Positions 26,751-34,896 of a DNA stretch of 64,000 nt are shown in pieces. The stretch lies in the IMG/VR virus record IMGVR_UViG_3300017755_003154, positions 1 to 64,000 of that record. The stretch is one strand, 5' to 3'. Made by a program: the position numbers and the translations under genes. A model generated the notes under the pieces. The model made no database searches. It was not told the origin of the DNA and was given only the letters and a program-made list of their open reading frames with translations. Numbering within the stretch: position 1 is the stretch's first letter; the number at the start of each line of letters is the position of its first letter. The stretch is from a virus.

Positions 26751-27828
26751 CTCTTATTTCGTTATGATAGGCTTTATTGTAAGCACAAGTTCTAATACAT
26801 CTTTTTAAATGCTTTGGATGAGTTGGATTCCAACTGTCTCCAAGGATTTTTTTATACCAAGGATGTTGCATAATTTCAGTTATACTTTTATCTTTAAGAC
26901 TATTCCAACCAGTACCGTATTCAGCAAGTTTTTCATTTATATTATCGTTACCCTTTGCCGCCCAGTCGCTTAAAAAACAACAAGGCCACATTGTTAAGTT
27001 AGCCGCAATAAATATTTCTCCTTCGTGTATATATTTGCATTGTATTGTTTGTAATACTTCTACTGTTTCTTTTTCTGTTTTATTTTCTTTAGCAATAAAC
27101 TTATCAAGTTCTTTCACTTGTTCTACTTTACTGTGTTCTTTTTTTCCTGTAGTAGTAATAACCTTTTCTGTAGTGACAACTTTCTTTTGCTTATGATCTT
27201 TCTTTTTAATTTTAGCCGTCCATTGATGGAAACTATTACGCATACCTGTACGAGTTGCAAAATTAAATCCTAAACGTTTTGCATGTTCTCTTGCCGCTTC
27301 AAGTTCATGTTCATTATGATCAAAAACAATAAACACCCACTTCGCTCGATATACATATTCGCCTACAGTTTCTACAAAAGCATTCATATTTCTTTCTAAT
27401 ACTTTCCATTTTGTGTTTACTCTGTAAATATGATTAGTTTGTTCATGCCCGTCTATACACCAATGTAAATGAAACCGCTTTTCGTGGTCGTGACAAAGTT
27501 GCCCTATTTTACGCCACATGTCTGCTGTGCCGACTGCACCATTAGTACTGATGCTACACACTGCTCCACACAATAATAGATATTCTAGCATTTCAGCAAA
27601 CTCAGGATGTATTGCAGGATCTCCTAATACCCCACAAAATTTAAATTCTACTCCTTGATAACTATTAGGTGGAAAAATTCTTTTTAGATCAGCAAAACTA
27701 AAGTCTTGTACTTTAAGTGTTCCGTCAATAGCGGCATCAGTTCTTGCACAACCAGGGCAAGCCGCATTGCAGTTACTTGTAATTTCTAATTCTACTTTTT
27801 TTAAATCAGAAATATCTGTTAAAATCAT
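26722..27828 (-). CDS. radical SAM protein with C-terminal twitch/SPASM-like domain
   Basis: CNAACPGC; FCGVLGDP; IDG..NHIYR; C..PCC..CIRTC. Confidence 0.9.
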   Translation of the reverse strand: MILTDISDLKKVELEITSNCNAACPGCARTDAAIDGTLKVQDFSFADLKRIFPPNSYQGVEFKFCGVLGDPAIHPEFAEMLEYLLLCGAVCSISTNGAVGTADMWRKIGQLCHDHEKRFHLHWCIDGHEQTNHIYRVNTKWKVLERNMNAFVETVGEYVYRAKWVFIVFDHNEHELEAAREHAKRLGFNFATRTGMRNSFHQWTAKIKKKDHKQKKVVTTEKVITTTGKKEHSKVEQVKELDKFIAKENKTEKETVEVLQTIQCKYIHEGEIFIAANLTMWPCCFLSDWAAKGNDNINEKLAEYGTGWNSLKDKSITEIMQHPWYKKILGDSWNPTHPKHLKRCIRTCAYNKAYHNEIRDENEKVEAI

Positions 27829-28907
27829 TTAAACTGCTCCGCATACGGATCAAATTCGCTACCACATTTTTGGGCGCAAACGCCTAATTTACCATCGGCA
27901 ATACTATCTTTTTGCCAACTTGTAGTAATACTATTGATCAATTTTCCGTTAACCACGTGTTTAATGTCGTTATCAATAATACTTATGCCATCCTTGCCGC
28001 CAGCACTATCTATATGATCCCATACTTGTTCTACACGAGGATCAGCATGCCACCATTTGTACATGCGTCCAGCAGTCCAACAACATGGCATTAATAATCC
28101 TTCTGCTGTTACAAATATGCTTCCTTGCTTTGCCACCTTACAAGTTATACTACACTTATCTAAATAATCTTTCATACTTCCGTAAGATTTTTCAATTTCT
28201 TTTTGTTTTAATAATGCTAAATTTTTATTCTTTTCATCTTTAGGCTGTGCTAGATTTTGTGTTTCAGCACCTTTTCGATTTACTGCTTGGTGTGATGTTT
28301 TAGGTTTGATATCACTTGTAATAAATCTACCTGATTTTTTCTTAATAAACTTTTCACACCCCCATTGATTAGCAAGTGCTTCTGCTTCTTCAACTTGATG
28401 TTCGTTGTGTTGAAATATTAAAAAGTCCCAACGGGCTCTACCGCCTGCGTCAATAAATGCTTGCATGTTTCTTTCAACGTTATTCCATACAACATTTTGT
28501 CTATACAAATGATTAGTATCACGTAATCCGTCAACACTAAAAATTACTGCTCCTCTACGTCCTATTACTTGTGCTAATCTTGCCCACCAGTAAATATCTT
28601 TAGCACCTGCATTAGTATTCATACTAAGCCACATATTAGGATTATGTTCTCTAAAATATTCAAATACTTCTAATGTATCTCGTGCAACAATAGGATCTCC
28701 TAAGTTACCACACATATACATTACATTTAATTGCTTAATAAAGTCAGGACTAAACATACGCTTTGCATCTGCTAAACTAAGTTCAGCATTTGTTATGTGA
28801 GGATTATCTGCGCCACCATTCATATTACGGTCGCACATAGGACAAGCCGCTTGACACTTCTGCGTAATTTCTAAGTGTACTTCTTTTATGTCTTCGTATC
28901 TATACAT
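27825..28907 (-). CDS. radical SAM protein with C-terminal twitch/SPASM-like domain
   Basis: CQAACPMC; MCGNLGDP; VDGL..NHLYR; C..PCC..CAQKC. Confidence 0.9.
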   Translation of the reverse strand: MYRYEDIKEVHLEITQKCQAACPMCDRNMNGGADNPHITNAELSLADAKRMFSPDFIKQLNVMYMCGNLGDPIVARDTLEVFEYFREHNPNMWLSMNTNAGAKDIYWWARLAQVIGRRGAVIFSVDGLRDTNHLYRQNVVWNNVERNMQAFIDAGGRARWDFLIFQHNEHQVEEAEALANQWGCEKFIKKKSGRFITSDIKPKTSHQAVNRKGAETQNLAQPKDEKNKNLALLKQKEIEKSYGSMKDYLDKCSITCKVAKQGSIFVTAEGLLMPCCWTAGRMYKWWHADPRVEQVWDHIDSAGGKDGISIIDNDIKHVVNGKLINSITTSWQKDSIADGKLGVCAQKCGSEFDPYAEQFK

Positions 28908-29125
28908 TCGATTACTAGTTTAACATCCTTTCCTGGACCTGTTTCGCTTGGAAGTCCTCCGTATGTATTTACATACCAATCAATCACAGCCGCATACCAA
29001 TTTTGGCTGTTATGATGTGCTTGTTTGTTAAACTGATAAATGTTATTATTAGTTGCTTCCATACAACTCAAGGCTCTAGCACTTTCAGTTTGTAGTTGCC
29101 TAAGTGTTAGTTTACTTGTATCCAA
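28886..29125 (-). CDS. small hypothetical protein (79 aa)
   Basis: Bridges the GT/MTase fusion and the first radical SAM gene, overlapping both. Confidence 0.75.
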   Translation of the reverse strand: MDTSKLTLRQLQTESARALSCMEATNNNIYQFNKQAHHNSQNWYAAVIDWYVNTYGGLPSETGPGKDVKLVIECIDTKT

Positions 29126-32100
29126 TTTTCATATACCTTGTATACTGACCTAAATCAAGTTCGCCTTCATATAATACTTTTTGCATTGGCGTACTTGAAC
29201 TAAATTCTTTTAAGTTATTTGAACAGTTCACATGTTCTTTAATTGCAAAGTAATTGTTACTTTGTAATATAATTAATCTGCTTTCTGGTAGCAGGTTATA
29301 CCAATCTTTGAAATTATCAATATGTTCACAACTTGTATTAACAATAGTGTGTGGCATATCAGTCAACGGTATTATTGCACCGTCTAATTTTTCTGTGTTA
29401 TAGTTGTGTTCAATATAATCAATATGCATAATATCTTGTGTACTTGCTTTAAACTGCCAACCTTCATTAACTAGATCAGCATTAAACGTTTCTGCAATTT
29501 TCCATGCTTCGGGATCAATATCAAAACTACGAATTTTTTCGAAGTCTAATTTTGCTTCTTGCATTAATGGCACAATACTAGCATACCAACCTGCACATAA
29601 AAATATAGTACCTAATGGTAAATTTAATTTTGTAAGTTCGTCAACCAGCCATTTTTTACTTTTTAATTGTCCACGGCTCATTACATCTTTGTCATATTCT
29701 ATTTTGTGCTTGTCTAATATTTCTAATGGTTTTACAAATGCACTTCCTGTATGCTTATCGAGTACACGCCACAATGCATGTCTATTATTATCCATAGTTA
29801 AATTAACTTCATCAGTTACACTTGGCTCAATACGTTTGACACTCCACATATTTTTATAGAAGCCTGCCTTTTTAATATCTTCAACAATATTATCTTTATC
29901 TTCAATTAGTCTAAACAAACTCATTTCATTTGATTCAACTAGTGCTTTTCGTAAATCATCTGTTGTATCGCTTTCGTTTATCAATCTAAATAAACTATGT
30001 ACATTTTTTTCTGTAACTGCTTTACGCAAGTCTTCGTATTCGTCACCTAGTAATCTAAATAAACCATGGAAGTTTTTTTCTAATGTTGCTTTGCGTAAAT
30101 CTTCATAGTCATTGCCTAGTATTCTAAACAGACCGTGTAAATTCTTGTCAATCATTGCTGTACGTAAATTATCATGGCTTGGTCCTAACAGTCTGAACAA
30201 ACTATGCAAGTTATCTTCTGTTACTACTTTACGTAGTTCTTCGTGTTCGTCACCTAACAATCTAAATAGACTGTGCAAGTTTTCTTCTACCACAGTTTTA
30301 CGTAGATCTTCGTGTTCATCACCAACAAGTCTAAATAGACTATGCACATTATCTTCAGTTACTGCTTTTCGTAACTCCTCGTGATCTTCGCCTAGTAATC
30401 TAAACAAACTATGTACATTTTTTTCAATATACATTTTTCTAATATCTTCGATATCTTCAATACCTTTATTTTCTAAATATCTAAATAAACTGTGATAGTT
30501 TCTTTCTTCAACAAATTTACGTAAATCTTCATCTCCAATTATTTTAAGTATGTCTAACATATGTCCATCGTTATAAAAACGTCTAATATTAGTTACTTTA
30601 TCACCGTATAATATTTCAAATCTATCTAATAAGTCTACAATAAATGTGTCTCTGGGCGGTAATGGTTCATCTTCTTTATATGGAACAGTTTGTTTCCATC
30701 CAGTATCTTCTTGTATTTCAACAGGTGCAATATCAACTGGCTTTGTTGTAACTGTGTCAGCATCTCTATATAGTTTTTGCCACTCTTCTGTAGTATCAGT
30801 AGTTTCTGTAAACTGTTCGTATAGCCAATTAAAATCATTTATTAGCCGAAGGTCAGCCCCGCTAGAAAGGCCAAACTCCATACCAGCGGTAGCGCCTGCC
30901 AAAGCATATTTCCCAAATGGTCTATCGTGTCCCACGGTTGTCCAAGTTTTAAGTCTTTCATTTGTTTCATTTTCCTTTTGTCTGTCGATTACTTTACTGC
31001 TTAATTTTGCACATTCTCTAAATGCACCACGCCAAGTACTGAACTCGCTTGAGTTGAATGCAGTTATGCAAGATATTCCTTCCATCTTCTTAAATCTATC
31101 ACTAATACTTGTAGTCATGTCTGGACGACTTGTATCCATATCACGTGTCATTTGCGTAGGAAACAATTTTACACCTCCATAGCCATACACTAAATCATTA
31201 ATAGGATTTTGACTACGCCATACATGCACTGCTCTACTATCTTCTACTTCATAATCAAAATTAAAATCATCTGCTATAACAGCATCACCGTCTACAATCC
31301 AAAACATCTCAGTAGAACAAATATTTGCCGCGGCAATATGTGCTTGATGTATTCCTTTGACTCCGTGTATACGTTGGGCTCTCGGAAAACGTGTTTTTAA
31401 CTTATCAAAGTTTTCATCTGCATTTGCTTCGTCATAAGATATCATTACAATATCATATTCTACTTTTTTATTAGGAATAAAGTTTGACGAAAAAGTATTA
31501 AATTGTGTAGTAGTTGTGCGTATATAAGGATGTTCTGGTCTTGGTGGGTTGCGGTATGTGCTTTTAAAAAACTTGCTTTGTTGAGCATCTAAGGGCGTTA
31601 CAGCAATAGGAATATCCAACTGTACTTTTAATCTTTCGCCGTAGTCTTGGCATGCTTCTAGTAAATCGCTTTCGTCTTGGACTTTTTCTTTCCATAATTT
31701 ATTCAAGTATTCAAAATCACGAACATTAACATAGTCCCAATCAGTACACATTGTTTTATATAAGCCTTCTCTTGCTCCATGTATTGCCCAAAGACCGTTT
31801 TCTACATCTGCACCTGCCATAGTCCATATATACAAACGTTCTAGATTTTTCCAATGATTGCCAATAAGTTCATTTTTTGCTGGTTTCATTCCTTCAATCA
31901 GCGACATCTTAACACCTTCACGGAAACCAGCACGCCATGCTTGATGTGGTGTAGCATTATTATAGACTGTACTCATTAAACTATTAATTTGAATATATTC
32001 TAAATCCCAACAAAAGTCAATACCTGCCGCAATATTATCAGGATCTGCATTTTCGTGAGTTTTCATTTTTAAGACTGTTTCTCTATCCCAACATTTTATA

Positions 32101-32423
32101 CCACCATTGCCATAACGCAATCCGTTGATAATATTATCAGCAGTCCAACTAACTACGTGTCTAGACAGATCCACACCATCTTGAAAATTAATTGTTTGAT
32201 TTAAAAACTGTTCATCTATTTGATTGTCTCCGTCAATAGTAATAAAACGTTTTGTTTCTGCTATGTTTGCACACGCTTTATGAGAAGCATCTGATCCTTC
32301 TACTCCGTGTATGCGTTTTGCCCAAGGGGCTTTGGTCAGTAAATCTGCATAATTTTCTTCAGCATTTGGCTCGTCATACGACAAGTATATAATGTCGTAG
32401 TCTAGAACTTTAAATTGTTTCAT
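29112..32423 (-). CDS. multidomain protein: two GT-A-like glycosyltransferase domains, 23-aa repeats, C-terminal class I methyltransferase-like domain
   Basis: Two copies of D(I)xxxSYDExNAxEN..RIHGVxG..H..DGD..YGxGGxK..WRxxFRE; HSLFRL repeats; C-terminal CAGWY, FDID, NTSCEH, LQSNNY. Start set at 32423. Confidence 0.7.
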   Translation of the reverse strand: MKQFKVLDYDIIYLSYDEPNAEENYADLLTKAPWAKRIHGVEGSDASHKACANIAETKRFITIDGDNQIDEQFLNQTINFQDGVDLSRHVVSWTADNIINGLRYGNGGIKCWDRETVLKMKTHENADPDNIAAGIDFCWDLEYIQINSLMSTVYNNATPHQAWRAGFREGVKMSLIEGMKPAKNELIGNHWKNLERLYIWTMAGADVENGLWAIHGAREGLYKTMCTDWDYVNVRDFEYLNKLWKEKVQDESDLLEACQDYGERLKVQLDIPIAVTPLDAQQSKFFKSTYRNPPRPEHPYIRTTTTQFNTFSSNFIPNKKVEYDIVMISYDEANADENFDKLKTRFPRAQRIHGVKGIHQAHIAAANICSTEMFWIVDGDAVIADDFNFDYEVEDSRAVHVWRSQNPINDLVYGYGGVKLFPTQMTRDMDTSRPDMTTSISDRFKKMEGISCITAFNSSEFSTWRGAFRECAKLSSKVIDRQKENETNERLKTWTTVGHDRPFGKYALAGATAGMEFGLSSGADLRLINDFNWLYEQFTETTDTTEEWQKLYRDADTVTTKPVDIAPVEIQEDTGWKQTVPYKEDEPLPPRDTFIVDLLDRFEILYGDKVTNIRRFYNDGHMLDILKIIGDEDLRKFVEERNYHSLFRYLENKGIEDIEDIRKMYIEKNVHSLFRLLGEDHEELRKAVTEDNVHSLFRLVGDEHEDLRKTVVEENLHSLFRLLGDEHEELRKVVTEDNLHSLFRLLGPSHDNLRTAMIDKNLHGLFRILGNDYEDLRKATLEKNFHGLFRLLGDEYEDLRKAVTEKNVHSLFRLINESDTTDDLRKALVESNEMSLFRLIEDKDNIVEDIKKAGFYKNMWSVKRIEPSVTDEVNLTMDNNRHALWRVLDKHTGSAFVKPLEILDKHKIEYDKDVMSRGQLKSKKWLVDELTKLNLPLGTIFLCAGWYASIVPLMQEAKLDFEKIRSFDIDPEAWKIAETFNADLVNEGWQFKASTQDIMHIDYIEHNYNTEKLDGAIIPLTDMPHTIVNTSCEHIDNFKDWYNLLPESRLIILQSNNYFAIKEHVNCSNNLKEFSSSTPMQKVLYEGELDLGQYTRYMKIGYK
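29900..30500 (-). repeat. about nine degenerate 69-bp (23-aa) coding tandem repeats
   Basis: Unit resembles HSLFRLLGDEHEDLRKAVTEKNV; nine (H/M)(S/G)LFR motifs counted. Coordinates approximate. Confidence 0.9.
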
Positions 32424-32928
32424 CAAAAAATCCGTATGTATCAAAAATCTTTGGCGTATATATACTTACATCGCCACGCTCTTCTTCATAGTTAAAGTTG
32501 ACTGTATACCCTTTAGTAATTTGTTCTACTGTTGCTGTAAATGTTCTAATTAATAAATGAGGATCATTTGCTTTTGTAATACTAAATTTACATTGTTGTC
32601 TTGGATTTAACAGCATTTCTTTTTTAACATTTACAACTAATTCCCATTTGTCTGTACGTTTTATAATACAATCTCCTATACTTTGTTTAGGTACATGATA
32701 TATTACATCTTTAATATCATATGTAAATTTAGGTTTTTCATATGCTAGTATTACATATTTCTTCTGTGCAAGATCATACTTTACAACAAAATTATCTTTC
32801 TTGTCAGGATTAGACATAAAGTCAATATATTGGTCTTCATTTACTTCTAAACAAAATTCTGTTTCAGGAGTATAATTTTGTAAACCAGTAATTCTACTTG
32901 TATCTTTATCAAATATTAGCCAGTACAT
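32410..32928 (-). CDS. hypothetical protein
   Basis: 172-aa ORF overlapping both neighbours. Confidence 0.75.
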   Translation of the reverse strand: MYWLIFDKDTSRITGLQNYTPETEFCLEVNEDQYIDFMSNPDKKDNFVVKYDLAQKKYVILAYEKPKFTYDIKDVIYHVPKQSIGDCIIKRTDKWELVVNVKKEMLLNPRQQCKFSITKANDPHLLIRTFTATVEQITKGYTVNFNYEEERGDVSIYTPKIFDTYGFFDETI

Positions 32929-33722
32929 TTTTCATACCTTGCTAAAATTTTATCACAAAAGTCTTTTTCAGTATAATGAAAAACGCCATGCTGTTTATGG
33001 TTTCCAATTTTAAGTCCGTCATTAAAATACCAATCTACTTTTTCTTGCCAATGCTCACTTGTATCTACCCAATTTTGTGCATGTAACTTCATATGTACAA
33101 AGTCTATTAAGTCTACTTGTTGAAAGTTGTCATACTCCATAAGTTCTAATACAATGGCCGCACATACATCTATACTACAATGCTTTGGTTTAAATTCTTT
33201 ACAAAATACATCATAAAAATCTTCCCAATCTTTAATCACAGTTTCTAATAATGCAAAGAATTGTGCTACACGTTTTGTTTTTTTAAAGTAATACAATCCT
33301 GCATACACATTAAATAAATAATTTTGTGAAAATACTTTTCTGTAATACGTGTCGTTGATAGGTTCTTGTCTGTAGGTAATTGGATTTTGTGTAAAATATA
33401 ACTCTTCTTTTTCAAATTTTTTCCAATCAATTTTATCTAAAAATAATACATCACTATCAACTACAATAGTTTCTTTATATGGACTAAGATTAAATGCTTT
33501 CCATCTATTTTCTATTTTCCATTCACTAGACTTTGCCTGATCGTGTTTTAAAACAATTACTTTATCAAATATAAAGGCTGTTTTTTCATCAACTTCTTTA
33601 TCAGTTACAAGAGTGAAATGTTTATTTCCACTATGCATACCGCTCAATGCACACAGATAGGCTTGTTTTACATAATCATCAGTTGTATTATTTTGTGCAA
33701 AGATTAAAATTCCTTTGGTCAT
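32916..33722 (-). CDS. GT-A fold glycosyltransferase-like protein
   Basis: KGILIFA..DYVKQAY..; LSPYKETIVVDSD (DxD); AGLYYFKK; FVHMK. Confidence 0.75.
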   Translation of the reverse strand: MTKGILIFAQNNTTDDYVKQAYLCALSGMHSGNKHFTLVTDKEVDEKTAFIFDKVIVLKHDQAKSSEWKIENRWKAFNLSPYKETIVVDSDVLFLDKIDWKKFEKEELYFTQNPITYRQEPINDTYYRKVFSQNYLFNVYAGLYYFKKTKRVAQFFALLETVIKDWEDFYDVFCKEFKPKHCSIDVCAAIVLELMEYDNFQQVDLIDFVHMKLHAQNWVDTSEHWQEKVDWYFNDGLKIGNHKQHGVFHYTEKDFCDKILARYEKCTG

Positions 33723-34516
33723 AGTAATTCCTCTAAATTAAACTTATTCATTGCATGTACAGTCATGTTTTTTGTCTTAATTGGATTGTTGTCTATTATA
33801 AATGTAAGTTCATCGTCTTTTATACTATGTAACGTATCCTTGTCAATAGTATAATATAGTTTACCTGGCATAGGACCAACAAAATTTGCTTTGCTATGGC
33901 CACTCATTATGTGTATACCAATACTAAACGCAAAATCATTACGATATGTTTGTTGTGTTATTTGATATAACATTCTATAATGCGTCCATTCTTCTTCTAT
34001 ATGCTGTAATAAATCAAAAAATATTTTATTTTGTTTACATTTTGTAAAATATACACAAGTTGCCCAATAAAAGTCTACACTTGCATCGCTTACTTTATCA
34101 AATTCTCTATAATCAATATGTTTTGATTCATTTGCTAAATGATATGCTTTCCTATACATTAATAAAGGATTGTTTTGTGTAAAACAGTTTTTATAAGTAT
34201 CATCACAAATAATAATATCACTATCAATCATTAAAGTTTGATCATATGGAGTTAATTCATAACTTAACACCCTTGCATTGTTTTTAAATGTAAGGTGTTT
34301 TCCGTTATTACCATTATTGTATAATTTTTTTGTGTATCTTTGCGGAGTATTAAATTTTATTACGTTATCAAATACTGAATTATCAATATCCATATCAGTA
34401 ATTACACTTGTAGGCAAGTCAAGATGCTTCTTAGCACGTTTAGCAACATCTATTGCTTGCTTTACGTAATCTATTTCTTCATTGTTAAATGCATGAACAA
34501 TTATGCCTTTAGACAT
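33719..34516 (-). CDS. GT-A fold glycosyltransferase-like protein (paralogue of neighbour)
   Basis: KGIIVHA..DYVKQA..; LTPYDQTLMIDSD (DxD); WATCVYF; RNDFAFS; HAMNK. Start set at 34516. Confidence 0.75.
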   Translation of the reverse strand: MSKGIIVHAFNNEEIDYVKQAIDVAKRAKKHLDLPTSVITDMDIDNSVFDNVIKFNTPQRYTKKLYNNGNNGKHLTFKNNARVLSYELTPYDQTLMIDSDIIICDDTYKNCFTQNNPLLMYRKAYHLANESKHIDYREFDKVSDASVDFYWATCVYFTKCKQNKIFFDLLQHIEEEWTHYRMLYQITQQTYRNDFAFSIGIHIMSGHSKANFVGPMPGKLYYTIDKDTLHSIKDDELTFIIDNNPIKTKNMTVHAMNKFNLEELL

Positions 34517-34844
34517 CAAGAATTCCCTGTACGGTACGTTCACTTTTTATTAATTTTTGATATTCTGTATGATAAGTTTTTAACGCAGTTGAATATGCTT
34601 CTACTAAAGCATCATAAAATTCACCTCTATTTTTTATTTCAATAGGAGTATTGTTATTATCTACAAAAATACAACTGTTAATTGTCTTTAAACTTGCAAT
34701 GTATTCTCTTGAAGCAGTAAATTGCCCGCCATCATAATAGATTGTAGATTGTTTGTCAAACTGGTTTAGTAGTACACGCTTTTGATTTTTAAATGTTGTA
34801 ACATAATCTGCATGTTCAAGTGCTTTTTTTAGACGTTGATCCAT
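34509..34844 (-). CDS. hypothetical protein (possibly fibre-assembly chaperone-like)
   Basis: GGAG RBS; first gene after the sigma70 promoter; YDGGQF..VDNNNTPI. Function inferred weakly from position. Confidence 0.7.
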   Translation of the reverse strand: MDQRLKKALEHADYVTTFKNQKRVLLNQFDKQSTIYYDGGQFTASREYIASLKTINSCIFVDNNNTPIEIKNRGEFYDALVEAYSTALKTYHTEYQKLIKSERTVQGILDV

Positions 34845-34864
34845 AATTTCTCCATATAATTACT

Positions 34865-34893
34865 ATTATACGGCAAAACTGCTAGAAAGTCAA
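34865..34893 (-). promoter_or_regulatory. near-consensus sigma70 promoter heading the enzyme operon
   Basis: Minus strand TTGACT (34893-34888), 17-bp spacer, TATAAT (34870-34865), then GGAG RBS and ATG at 34844. Confidence 0.85.
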
Positions 34894-34896
34894 GTA

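Noticed and set aside
10294-29125. Classical RiPP gene cluster
   Set aside because: No clear leader/core precursor, RRE/PqqD domain, peptidase or transporter; kept only as a low-confidence idea for the 79-aa ORF.
29900-30500. Regular repeats of about 69 bp as a possible CRISPR array
   Set aside because: Repeats are degenerate at synonymous positions, in frame within a long ORF, and have no unique spacers or cas genes.
4997-34844. Stop-codon recoding or selenocysteine in the Cys-rich enzymes
   Set aside because: Genes tile completely under the standard code, and the TGA stops checked coincide with normal ATGA/TTGA overlaps.
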